Origin: Methanothermobacter thermautotrophicus str. Delta H
GTDB lineage: Archaea > Methanobacteriota > Methanobacteria > Methanobacteriales > Methanothermobacteraceae
Reading direction: 5' to 3'
DNA: 32,000 bases
Assembly (NCBI RefSeq): GCF_000008645.1
Contig: NC_000916.1
Coordinates: 1,440,001 to 1,472,000, forward strand
Part shown: positions 1 through 8,373 of the stretch, piece after piece
Numbering within the stretch: the first letter of the stretch is position 1
Layout: the number at the start of each line of letters is the position of its first letter
The notes under the pieces: generated by a model
The model's input: the letters and a program-made list of their open reading frames with translations, nothing else
What the model was told of the DNA's origin: nothing
Database searches by the model: none
Made by a program: the position numbers and the translations under genes

Positions 1-484
1 TTACCTGACCCATGGAGCCATGTATGGCGCCGTGAATGAAGGGTATTCCCTCTGATGTGCACCTCCTTGATGCAATCACCCTTGATGTTATGTTATCAAG
101 GGCATCAACCACGGCATCGCTGCCAGGTATTATTTCAGCTGCATTTTCTTCATCGAAGATTTCATGATAAACCTTGACCCTGCTGAAGGGGTTTACGGTG
201 CGAATACGCTCCGCTGCAACATCAACCTTGGGGATCCGGAGGTCCCTGAAGCTGCTCATGAGCTGCCTGTTGATGTTCGAGACGTCAAAGACGTCACTGT
301 CAATTATTCTGAGACTGCCCACACCCATCCGTGCAAGCATCTCAACTGCAGCGCCACCTATACCTCCGCAGCCGATCACAGAAACAGTGGAATCCTTGAG
401 CTTTAACTGGTCTGCCCTTGAAAGTAAACCCATCTGCCGGCTGACCATCTCCCAGTAAGCCATACCCTCATATCTCTCAGGCAT
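1..484 (-). CDS. ThiF/MoeB/HesA-family E1-like adenylyltransferase (N-terminal part only; the gene runs off the left edge of the window)
   Basis: Absent from the ORF track because it has no stop in the window. The reverse complement from ATG (484..482) reads MPERYEGMAYWEMVSRQMGLLSRADQLKLKDSTVSVIGCGGIGGAAVEMLARMGVGSLRIIDSDVFDVSNINRQLMS... This contains the GxGxxG nucleotide-binding loop and the D-x-D-x-V-x-x-S-N-x-N-R-Q signature of ThiF/MoeB enzymes. A TATA-like element (gatataaat, 531..539) lies about 50 nt upstream. Confidence 0.85.
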   Translation of the reverse strand, partial: MPERYEGMAYWEMVSRQMGLLSRADQLKLKDSTVSVIGCGGIGGAAVEMLARMGVGSLRIIDSDVFDVSNINRQLMSSFRDLRIPKVDVAAERIRTVNPFSRVKVYHEIFDEENAAEIIPGSDAVVDALDNITSRVIASRRCTSEGIPFIHGAIHGSMGQV

Positions 485-776
485 TCAAACCCTCTTTCAT
501 GTTCTTGCATAATACTATGTGTGTGTTGATATAAATCATGAGGGGGTCATCCTGTAGGACCACAGCCTTATATCTGCTTGCAGCATGAGCCTATCACTGG
601 AGATCCTGTGGGAAAGATTCTTCAGATCAGTGAAAAGCAGATGTCTGGGGCGGTCCTCTGGAGCCATTCTGAAATCGAAAAACAGTTCGGTTCAGGGAAG
701 GGGTTTTATTATCTCCAATTTAAAGAAACGTGATTTTTGTTTTTTCAGAAGAATTCATCTTTTCTGTTTTAAGGAT

Positions 777-802
777 AAAAAAGTTTTTTTTGAATGCAAA
801 AA
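777..802 (-). terminator. Oligo-T tracts downstream of the tRNA (T5 at 798..802 and T6 at 777..782, read on the minus strand)
   Basis: The minus-strand sequence after the tRNA 3' end is CACTTTAACCCCCCATTTTTGCATTCAAAAAAAAACTTTTTTATCC. Archaeal RNA polymerase terminates at oligo-T runs. Confidence 0.4.
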
Positions 803-815
803 TGGGGGGTTAAAG

Positions 816-934
<119 letters not shown>

Positions 935-950
935 CAAGATCAGTTTTCAT

Positions 951-960
951 CAAATTTAAA
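951..960 (-). promoter_or_regulatory. TATA-like box (TTTAAATTTG on the minus strand) upstream of the tRNA
   Basis: AT-rich TTTAAA element centred about 30 nt upstream of the tRNA 5' end. This is the position expected for an archaeal TATA box with a very short leader. Confidence 0.35.
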
Positions 961-1022
961 CTTTTCTGTCAGGGGTGCAATCATTATTATGAAATGCCAC
1001 CATAATTATATATGAATTTTCT

Positions 1023-2027
1023 TTGCGGGGGTTTAATGTGTCTGATGATCTTGATTTCTCAGAGGGGGCCTGTGGGATATGTCATGCAGTCCTCGCAGAT
1101 ATCTCCAGGACCGGCTTCATGGTTGAAACAGCAGAGTACCCTGAGGGTGTCAGGGCCAGGATAACTGACCCTTCAGGGGATTCTGTGGGGGAGGGTTCGG
1201 ATATAACCTGGGCCCCGGCGATACTCGAGGCCGAGATCAATGCAGGATTTCTGGATGACGAAGCTGCAGATAAACTCTCGCCCTTCCTGACAGGCAGGAG
1301 AGACCAGATACGGGTTGCAGAGATGTCTGGCTACGGGAGGGTTGTTAACACAGCCTCCATGATAATATCTGATATCTGGTCGGCTGGGGGTTCAGTTGAG
1401 GTCAGAAGGGACGGCCCTGGCATAGAGGTCATACTATACTCTGCAGAAGGTGATGAAATTGTATCTGCAGCATCAGGTTTCTGCCCGGTCTGTGCAGTAA
1501 ACATAGCAGCTTCAAGGGTGCCATCAATCAGGAGGAGGATGGCATCCAGGAAATCCAGAAACACGGGAATGGAAAAGTATGAGAGAGGGGTGACCGGCAG
1601 GGTCGCCTGGAGGAGGAACAGGATCCATGTATCCCTCCTTGAGAATGGGGAGGTCATCGGCAGGAACTGGGGGTGCTGCATAGCCTATGCAACGGTGAGG
1701 GCGGAGATAGATGCTGGATTTGGAAGCAGCAAGTGGAACCGCATCTTTAAGAATTACTGTGACCTCTGTCCCCTGAAACATTTCTGGTTCGGGAAATCCA
1801 TGGGTGCCCTCGGAAACAGGATACTTCAGAGGATGACCAGGGTCGGTGTGAGGGAACATGTAAGGATGGAAGATTATATAACTGTGGATATCCTATCTGG
1901 TGATAGGAGGGTTGGATGTGGTATAGGAACGCTCTGCTCATTCAGTGCAACCGTCAATGCACTCCTGAGATCCGATGCTTCCCTCATCCTGAAACCGGAC
2001 CCTGCCGATGGGTTTCCGTACCCCTAA
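1023..2027 (+). CDS. Uncharacterised protein built from repeated Gly/Cys-containing modules of about 35 aa
   Basis: 334-codon ORF with no competing ORF. An internal repeat, h-x-h-x-h-(4-5)-G-[DE]-x-[IV]-G...G-x-C-x-x-C/A...A-x-[IV]-x-A, is seen at least four times. The TTG at 1023 is the first possible start. GTG at 1038, preceded by GGGGG, is an alternative. I recognise no family. Confidence 0.6.
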   Translation: MRGFNVSDDLDFSEGACGICHAVLADISRTGFMVETAEYPEGVRARITDPSGDSVGEGSDITWAPAILEAEINAGFLDDEAADKLSPFLTGRRDQIRVAEMSGYGRVVNTASMIISDIWSAGGSVEVRRDGPGIEVILYSAEGDEIVSAASGFCPVCAVNIAASRVPSIRRRMASRKSRNTGMEKYERGVTGRVAWRRNRIHVSLLENGEVIGRNWGCCIAYATVRAEIDAGFGSSKWNRIFKNYCDLCPLKHFWFGKSMGALGNRILQRMTRVGVREHVRMEDYITVDILSGDRRVGCGIGTLCSFSATVNALLRSDASLILKPDPADGFPYP

Positions 2028-2036
2028 GCTGTTGAG

Positions 2037-2867
2037 GTGTTCGCTGTGGGTGAACATGTAATAGAGGCCCTGGGAAAAAGTCGTGTCACCGTGAGGAATG
2101 GAAGGGTGGTTGATGTATCCGAACCACTTATCGATTACTGTCCCCTCTTTCATAAGTACCGGGGCATTGAAAAAATCACATCTGAGGCTATCCGTCAAAA
2201 TATTGAGTTTCGCATTAAAGATTTTGGCATGTGCACAGGTAATCGTGAATTAAGAATGAGGGATTTTCTATCATTTGGCATTTCTGAGATAATCTCAACA
2301 CTCATCGAGGAGGGCGAGGTGGACGCAGCAGTCATGGTATGTGATGGTGCAGGCACAGTCATAGTCACCGAACCCGAACTTGCACAGGGAATCGGGGGCA
2401 GGATATCAGGAGTGGTGGAAACATCACCTGAGGATGAGGTTATAGGATCCATAGGACCAGAAAAGGTCCTTGACCCCGAAAAAGCCACGATAGACCAGGT
2501 TAAGGGGGTTGAAAGGGCCTTTGAGATGGGCTATGATAGGGTTGCTGTCACCGTGGCTGACCCGGCAGAGGCAGAGAGGCTGAGGGAAATGGATGGAGGC
2601 GAAATCTACATATTCGCCGTTCACCTGACCGGGATAGACTACAGGGGCGCCGAGAAAGTGATTAACACAGCCGATGTTGTAACATCATGCGCATCAAAAT
2701 ACATAAGAAGAATAGCTGATAGAAGGGCGCTGCTGAAGGTAGGATCAGCCATACCGGTATATGCATGCACAAAGAATGGTAAAAGATTCATTGAACTCAG
2801 AATTAAAAGGATGGGTGGTATAAAGGATTCAGGGAAAGGTTCAGGCTCCCCGCAACCACTGGTATGA
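2037..2867 (+). CDS. DUF2099 / methanogenesis-marker-8-like protein (function unknown)
   Basis: 276-codon ORF lying 9 nt after the previous gene. The sequence (HVIEALGK..V.V.NGRVV; CDGAGTV; TSCASK) matches my memory of the methanogen-restricted DUF2099 family. The likely true start is GTG at 2046, preceded by GAGGTG (2034..2039). Confidence 0.6.
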   Translation: MFAVGEHVIEALGKSRVTVRNGRVVDVSEPLIDYCPLFHKYRGIEKITSEAIRQNIEFRIKDFGMCTGNRELRMRDFLSFGISEIISTLIEEGEVDAAVMVCDGAGTVIVTEPELAQGIGGRISGVVETSPEDEVIGSIGPEKVLDPEKATIDQVKGVERAFEMGYDRVAVTVADPAEAERLREMDGGEIYIFAVHLTGIDYRGAEKVINTADVVTSCASKYIRRIADRRALLKVGSAIPVYACTKNGKRFIELRIKRMGGIKDSGKGSGSPQPLV

Positions 2868-2869
2868 AA

Positions 2870-3271
2870 CTAGAGATAATCTGCAAGGGCCTTTATTATG
2901 CAGCTCTGGGTTATCAGTCCAACCAGTCTACCATCCCTGACAACCGGTATCCTCTGATATCCGGTATCTGCCATTATACGGCTTATCCTGCTTATAGGAG
3001 TTTCCTCATCAATCACAACAAGGTCCTGGCTCATTATGTCCTTCACCCGAAGCTTCAGGGCCTCGCCACCGGCAAGCAGAATGTCCCTGTGGGTTATGAG
3101 CCCAACAAGTTTATCACCCTCCACAACAGGGACACCACCCACGTTCGCACGGACCATCTTGAGGTTGGCGGCTGCGACAAGGTCATCGGGGTGGGAAACA
3201 ATAACATCACGGAGCATTATATCCCTTGCACGGAGCTTCCTGATCATGAAATTATTTTTATGGATATTCAT
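2870..3271 (-). CDS. CBS-domain pair protein
   Basis: 133 aa with two tandem CBS motifs (DIMLRDVIV...VGGVPVVEGDKLVGLITHRDIL and DIMSQDLVVID...GYQRIPVVRDGRLVGLITQSCII). The start could instead be the internal Met at 3247. Confidence 0.8.
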   Translation of the reverse strand: MNIHKNNFMIRKLRARDIMLRDVIVSHPDDLVAAANLKMVRANVGGVPVVEGDKLVGLITHRDILLAGGEALKLRVKDIMSQDLVVIDEETPISRISRIMADTGYQRIPVVRDGRLVGLITQSCIIKALADYL

Positions 3272-3294
3272 ATATTAAGATTGAGGGATCCAAA

Positions 3295-4569
3295 GTGACT
3301 CAGATGGAAGAAGCAAGAAAGGGCAATATAACCCCTGAGATGGAGGAGGTTGCCCGGAAAGAAAACCTGGACATTCAGATGCTTATTAGGGGTATTGCAA
3401 ACGGTCGAATTGTGATACCCTCCAATATTAATCGGGAATCATCACCCTGCGGCATAGGGGAAAATCTTTCAACAAAGATCAATGCAAATATCGGTTCATC
3501 CTCAAAAATGGAGGACATTGAACTGGAGGTTGATAAGGCACTTGCAGCTGTCGAATACGGTGCAGATGCTGTCATGGACCTCAGCACAGGCCCCATGCTG
3601 AGGGATGTCAGGAAAGCGGTCCTGGAGGCTGTTGACGTTCCTGTGGGCACGGTACCCATCTACGAGGCCGGTGTCGAGGCCTTCATGTCAGATGGAGCCG
3701 TGGTGGACATGGATGAGGATGACATGTTCAGGGCCATAGAGAACCAGGCCCGGGATGGGGTTGACTTCATGACCGTGCACTCAGGAATCACCCTGGAAAC
3801 CGTTGAAAGGGCTCAGAGATCAGGGAGGATAATGGGAATAGTTAGCCGGGGAGGAGCATTCCTTGCAGCCTGGATAATGCAGAATCAGGAGGAGAATCCT
3901 CTCTACAGCAACTATGAGTACCTCCTTGAAGTGGCCTACGAGTATGATGTCACACTCAGCCTCGGGGATGGCCTCAGGCCGGGGTGCCTGGCAGACGCTT
4001 CTGATATACCCCAGATCAGTGAGCTCCTCACACTTGCAGAACTCGTTGAGAGGGCACGTGATGCAGATGTTCAGTGCATGGTTGAGGGGCCCGGTCACAT
4101 GCCCCTTGACCAGATAGCCGCCAACATGAAGATACAGAAGGAGGTCTGCGACGGCGCACCCTTCTATGTCCTTGGACCCATAGTCACAGACATGGCACCG
4201 GGTTATGACCATATAAGCGCAGCCATAGGCGGGGCCGTCGCTGCAATGAACGGGGCGGACTTCCTCTGTTACGTCACACCGGCAGAGCACCTGGCGATAC
4301 CGGGGGTTCAGGATGTTATTGAGGGTGTCATTGCATCAAGGATAGCTGCCCAGGCTGCAGACGCCGCCAGAAAATTACCGGGCGCATGGGATTCTGAACT
4401 TGAGATGGCTGATGCAAGAAGGTCCTTTGACTGGGATAAACAGTTCAAACTGGCCTTTGACTCAAAAAAACCATATGAATACAGGATGCAGTGCCCAATT
4501 GAGGATTCAGAGATGTGCTCAATGTGTGGCGAATACTGCGCCCTCAGGATACTGCGTGAAGACAGATGA
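3295..4569 (+). CDS. thiC: Phosphomethylpyrimidine synthase ThiC (radical SAM; thiamine pyrimidine moiety)
   Basis: 424 aa with full-length similarity to ThiC (ITPEME...; VDFMTVHSG; GDGLRPG; MVEGPGH; C-terminal Cys cluster CSMCGEYC). RBS GAGGGA lies 7 nt before GTG 3295. ATG 3304 is an alternative start. Confidence 0.95.
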   Translation: MTQMEEARKGNITPEMEEVARKENLDIQMLIRGIANGRIVIPSNINRESSPCGIGENLSTKINANIGSSSKMEDIELEVDKALAAVEYGADAVMDLSTGPMLRDVRKAVLEAVDVPVGTVPIYEAGVEAFMSDGAVVDMDEDDMFRAIENQARDGVDFMTVHSGITLETVERAQRSGRIMGIVSRGGAFLAAWIMQNQEENPLYSNYEYLLEVAYEYDVTLSLGDGLRPGCLADASDIPQISELLTLAELVERARDADVQCMVEGPGHMPLDQIAANMKIQKEVCDGAPFYVLGPIVTDMAPGYDHISAAIGGAVAAMNGADFLCYVTPAEHLAIPGVQDVIEGVIASRIAAQAADAARKLPGAWDSELEMADARRSFDWDKQFKLAFDSKKPYEYRMQCPIEDSEMCSMCGEYCALRILREDR

Positions 4570-4641
4570 ATCACAGCCTCGATCCTTAACATGCTGGTAA
4601 GGGTTAATAGAGATCAGAACCATAATTAAACTGGTGGTCCT

Positions 4642-4920
4642 ATGGGATTCGAGCATGTTGAAGGTACTGAAAGGGGCAGTGTAAGGCTATTTGCACTCAG
4701 CACATGTGGATGGTGCAAAAGGACACGGGAGCTGCTGGAGGAACTTGGGGTGGCCTACGATTATATATACGTCGACCTCCTTGAGGGTGAGGAACGTGAG
4801 AATGTAATTGAGGAGCTTAAGAGGTGGAACCCATCCCTCTCATTCCCCACACTTGTAATAAACGATGAGGAAGTGGTGGTGGGATTCGATCCACTCTCAA
4901 TAAAATCATCCCTCAGGTAG
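4642..4920 (+). CDS. Glutaredoxin-like / thioredoxin-fold small redox protein (CGWC active site)
   Basis: 92 aa. The CxxC motif sits in LFALSTCGWCKRT, followed by the cis-Pro region SFPTLVI typical of the thioredoxin fold. RBS GGTGG lies upstream. Confidence 0.8.
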   Translation: MGFEHVEGTERGSVRLFALSTCGWCKRTRELLEELGVAYDYIYVDLLEGEERENVIEELKRWNPSLSFPTLVINDEEVVVGFDPLSIKSSLR

Positions 4921-4928
4921 GGATCATC

Positions 4929-5384
4929 ATGAAGGATGAACTCCAGGAACTATACAGAGAGGTTAGGGAATCAGCAGAGAAATCAGGTTATAAGCTTAAT
5001 CCTGACAGGGAATTCGTCATGGAACTGCTCAGGGGGATGCTGGTTAACAGGAAAAGATATGGCTATGATTCCTGCCCCTGCAGACTCGCATCAGGCAACC
5101 CCGAGGAGGACAGGGATATAGTGTGCCCCTGTGATTACAGGGATGATGATATTGAGGAATACGGGACATGCTACTGTGGACTCTATGTCAGGGATGAGGA
5201 CGTTGAGTTCAGATCCATACCCGAGAGGCGGGGAAAGAGTAGAGGTCCTGGCAGGGCACCAGCCGGCCTTGACATACCTGTGCTGAGGTGTCGCATCTGT
5301 GGTTATCTCTGCGCAAGGAAGATCCCTCCGGAACCCTGCCCCATCTGTGGCGTGGCAGGAAAATTCCATGTTTTCATTGAATAG
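4929..5384 (+). CDS. Ferredoxin:thioredoxin reductase catalytic-subunit-like protein fused to a C-terminal rubredoxin-type domain (FDR-like)
   Basis: 151 aa. It carries the CPC-x14-CPC-x12-CYC pattern of the FTR catalytic subunit family. The C-terminus has CRICGY...CPICG, a rubredoxin-type knuckle pair. The gene starts 8 nt after the glutaredoxin-like gene. Confidence 0.8.
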   Translation: MKDELQELYREVRESAEKSGYKLNPDREFVMELLRGMLVNRKRYGYDSCPCRLASGNPEEDRDIVCPCDYRDDDIEEYGTCYCGLYVRDEDVEFRSIPERRGKSRGPGRAPAGLDIPVLRCRICGYLCARKIPPEPCPICGVAGKFHVFIE

Positions 5385-5398
5385 AGGAGTGCATTACC

Positions 5399-6181
5399 TT
5401 GCTGGAAGCCTTCACTGAAGTCAGAAAGGATATCAAATTTCTTTTCTCATCCGAGATAAGGCTCAGGGTTTTAATGGCCCTCATGGACGGTCCAATGGAA
5501 CTCTCTAAGATGAGGTCCATCATAAAATCAAGTTCATCAACTATTCTCCATGCCATATACCAGCTCGAGGACAAGGGGCTGGTCTGCAGGGTCAACCGTA
5601 AGTATGAACTATCATCAACCGGCAGGATAATATCTCTGAAGGTTCAGGGGATTATAAGGACAATCTCGGTGATCAGGGAACTCTCGGATTTTCTGCTTGA
5701 CCATGACCTTGGATCCATACCCGAATCACTCCTCTACAGCATAGAATCCCTTGAGGGAGTATCACTCCTCGAGGCAAAACCCGAGAACCTCACAGAGCCC
5801 TATGAGGTAGTTACAAAGAACGTCATGAACTCCGGGAGGGTCTGGATCCTTTCAGGCGTTCACCACCCCTTCTACGGGGACCTCCTGAAAGCGGGGATAA
5901 AGACCGAGATGATCCTCTCAGAGAATGTTGTGGATGCAATTGAACATGTTGAAGCTACGGAAAATGTTAAGATCAGCACCATCGATTCTGAACTGAGGTT
6001 CAGCCTCATAATAACGGAGACGGCAATGGCCCTTTCCCTATTCATGTCTGATGGCCTCTATGATCCCGTGAGATTCCTCTTTTCAAGGGATGAAGAGGCC
6101 GTTGGATGGGCCTGGAAACTCTTCAAACACTTCAGGGACATGGCGGAAGCGCCAGCAGACAAGGATGACTGTGAATTGTAG
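5399..6181 (+). CDS. Winged-helix (ArsR-like) transcriptional regulator with a DUF1724-type C-terminal domain
   Basis: 260 aa. The N-terminal region has the wHTH pattern (SEIRLRVLMALMDGPMELSKMRSIIKSSSSTILHAIYQLEDKGLV). A long C-terminal domain follows that is typical of methanogen DUF1724 regulators. RBS GAGGAGTG lies 7 nt before TTG 5399. Confidence 0.7.
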   Translation: MLEAFTEVRKDIKFLFSSEIRLRVLMALMDGPMELSKMRSIIKSSSSTILHAIYQLEDKGLVCRVNRKYELSSTGRIISLKVQGIIRTISVIRELSDFLLDHDLGSIPESLLYSIESLEGVSLLEAKPENLTEPYEVVTKNVMNSGRVWILSGVHHPFYGDLLKAGIKTEMILSENVVDAIEHVEATENVKISTIDSELRFSLIITETAMALSLFMSDGLYDPVRFLFSRDEEAVGWAWKLFKHFRDMAEAPADKDDCEL

Positions 6182-6238
6182 GTGCTGAAGAATGGTTTTA
6201 AGGTCGATGGGAGTTTAACGGTTCAGATTACTTAGGGG

Positions 6239-7924
6239 ATGAAGGAATTGCTCTATATGGAACTTGCAGAGGTATACCACAGACTTGAATCAACCACAAA
6301 ACGCCTTGAAAAGACTGAAATACTTGCGGAACTCCTGAGGAGTGTTGATAAGGAACTTCTGCCCGATGTAACAATACTGATGCTTGGCAGGGTGTTTCCA
6401 ATCTGGAGTGAGGAGGAACTTGGGGTTGGCATAAAGCTGCTCATGAAGGCAATATCCCTGGTTGTGGGGGTTTCGATGGATGAAATCGAGGACGAAATAA
6501 GGGAACAGGGTGATATAGGCCTTGCAAGTGAAAAACTATTCTCCAGAAAAACTCAAACAACCTTTTTTTCACAACCCCTGACAGTGGAATTTGTTTACAG
6601 CAGACTGAAGGCCCTGGCATCAGCTTCTGGTGATAGGGCACAGTCAAAGAAGATAAACATACTTGTTGAGGTCCTGTCCCAGGCAAAGCCACTGGAGGCA
6701 CGCTATATAACAAGGACGGTCCTTGAGGAACTGAGGGTTGGTGTTGCAGAGGGAATCATAAGGGACGCCATTGCCCGGGCCTTTGAGGTTGACCCGGCAC
6801 TCGTTGAAAGGGCCCACATGCTCACAAATGACCTGGGAATGGTGGCCGCAGTTGCAAGGGAGGAGGGCGAGCCTGGACTTGGAAGACTCAACCTTGAACC
6901 GGGAAGACCCGTGAAACCAATGCTGGCACAGCTTGCCAGCAGCATAGAATCTGCCATAACGGAGCTTGGAAGGGCCTTCTGTGAAACCAAATATGATGGT
7001 ATACGTGTTCAGATACACAGATGCGGGGATGAGATATCCATCTTCACCAGGAGACTTGAGAACATCACCGCGGCGGTCCCCGAGATACTTGAGGGTGTTG
7101 AGGAGGCCCTTCCAGCCGATGACTACATAGTTGAGGGGGAAATAATAGTCACCATGGATGGGAGGCCAGCCTCCTTCCAGTACATACTCCAGCGTGTCAG
7201 AAGAAAATATGATGTGGAGAGACTTACAAGGGAGGTTCCCCTCTCACTGTTCCTCTTTGATGTCCTCTACCACAGAGAACCCCTCATCGATGAACCCCTC
7301 CGGCACAGAAGGGAGGTCCTTGAGTCAATACTCTCAGAAATACCTGGAAGGGTTGAGGCGAGTCGCATGGTTGATGTGGGCCCGGATAACCTGAATGATG
7401 CTCTATGGCTCTTCGAGGAGTCAATAAGAGAGGGACATGAGGGTATAATGATAAAGGATACGGAGGCGCCGTATATACCGGGTATAAGGGGTAAAAAGAT
7501 GCTTAAGTTTAAGGCAGAACCAGAGACCCTGGACCTCATTGTGGTCGGTGGCACCTATGGCAGGGGTAAAAGGGCACATCTGGTGGGATCCTATCTCCTG
7601 GCAGCCAGGGATGAGGATAGCGGGGACCTTGTTACGGTTGCACATGTTGCAACGGGGCTTGACGATGAGACGCTCCAGCAACTCTCAGAGAGGATGGAAA
7701 AACTTGCCATTGAGAGGAAGGGACGGAAACTCTTGGTCAGGCCAGAAATAATACTTGAGGTCGCCTACAGTGAGATAGTGAAGAGTCCTGAGTATGAAAG
7801 CGGTTACTCCCTGCGTTTTCCAGTGGTGAAACGTATAAGGGACGATCTGTGCCTGGACGATGTTGATACAGTTGGACGTATAGAGTCCCTCTTCCAGTCC
7901 GGACAGCCAGACCAACCAGGTTAG
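6239..7924 (+). CDS. lig: ATP-dependent DNA ligase
   Basis: 561 aa with the adenylation motif I CETKYDGIRVQIH, motifs EGIMIK and LKFK, and a C-terminal OB domain. I recognise the sequence as the Methanothermobacter-type ligase. Confidence 0.97.
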   Translation: MKELLYMELAEVYHRLESTTKRLEKTEILAELLRSVDKELLPDVTILMLGRVFPIWSEEELGVGIKLLMKAISLVVGVSMDEIEDEIREQGDIGLASEKLFSRKTQTTFFSQPLTVEFVYSRLKALASASGDRAQSKKINILVEVLSQAKPLEARYITRTVLEELRVGVAEGIIRDAIARAFEVDPALVERAHMLTNDLGMVAAVAREEGEPGLGRLNLEPGRPVKPMLAQLASSIESAITELGRAFCETKYDGIRVQIHRCGDEISIFTRRLENITAAVPEILEGVEEALPADDYIVEGEIIVTMDGRPASFQYILQRVRRKYDVERLTREVPLSLFLFDVLYHREPLIDEPLRHRREVLESILSEIPGRVEASRMVDVGPDNLNDALWLFEESIREGHEGIMIKDTEAPYIPGIRGKKMLKFKAEPETLDLIVVGGTYGRGKRAHLVGSYLLAARDEDSGDLVTVAHVATGLDDETLQQLSERMEKLAIERKGRKLLVRPEIILEVAYSEIVKSPEYESGYSLRFPVVKRIRDDLCLDDVDTVGRIESLFQSGQPDQPG

Positions 7925-7925
7925 T

Positions 7926-7937
7926 AATATTTAAATA
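7926..7937 (+). promoter_or_regulatory. TATA box (AATATTTAAATA) about 28 nt upstream of ATG 7960; predicts a leaderless mRNA
   Basis: Strong TATA-like element with no Shine-Dalgarno sequence between it and the ATG. Confidence 0.45.
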
Positions 7938-7959
7938 GTACAAAGTAATAATTACTTTT

Positions 7960-8373
7960 ATGGGAACCCTTCTGGATGACAGGAAACTGCTCATAATATC
8001 AGCCATGCTGGGACTCGCCGGCTTCACCGGAATGATAATCTCTTCGGCGACCCTCACACCGGACCCTATTAAAATAGCTCAGATTGACAGGGGCATGATT
8101 GACAGGAAGGTTACGGTCGAGGGCACAGTGGCTGATGTCCGCGAATCAGAACACTCGGGAATCATATTCCTGAAAATAAATGATGGCACCGGCACAATAA
8201 CGGCTGTTATATTCGAATCAACAGCAGAGACAATAAAGAGGAATGGCCCTGCCCCCATACTGCTGAAGGGGATGAGAGTGCAGGTAACCGGGAGGGTGAA
8301 GGAGTACAGGGGATTACTTGAGGTGGCCGTAGAGGAACCTTCAGGTTTGAGGCCTCTCCCTGGTTATGGTTAA
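7960..8373 (+). CDS. Membrane-anchored OB-fold (tRNA_anti-like) nucleic-acid-binding domain protein
   Basis: 137 aa. The N-terminal hydrophobic helix (LLIISAMLGLAGFTGMIISSA) is followed by an OB-fold pattern (KVTVEGTVADVRES..GIIFLKINDGTGTITAVIF...VQVTGRVKEYRGLLEV). Confidence 0.6.
   Translation: MGTLLDDRKLLIISAMLGLAGFTGMIISSATLTPDPIKIAQIDRGMIDRKVTVEGTVADVRESEHSGIIFLKINDGTGTITAVIFESTAETIKRNGPAPILLKGMRVQVTGRVKEYRGLLEVAVEEPSGLRPLPGYG

Noticed and set aside
485-815. Possible structured ncRNA in the 330-nt spacer between the ThiF-like gene and the tRNA (repeated atcctgt(a/g)gga and ctggag motifs)
   Set aside because: I found only short, weak repeats and 4-5-bp stems. There are no C/D or H/ACA boxes and no convincing extended helix. 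The region is adequately explained by the ThiF-like promoter plus tRNA terminator T-runs. Transcriptome data would be needed to revive this idea.
3245-3294. Possible TPP (THI-box) riboswitch upstream of thiC
   Set aside because: Only about 23-50 nt separate thiC from the divergent CBS gene, which is far too short for the roughly 100-nt aptamer. No CUGAGA / ACCUGA THI-box elements are visible. The AT-rich stretch (attatttttatggatattcatatattaag) is better explained as back-to-back TATA boxes.
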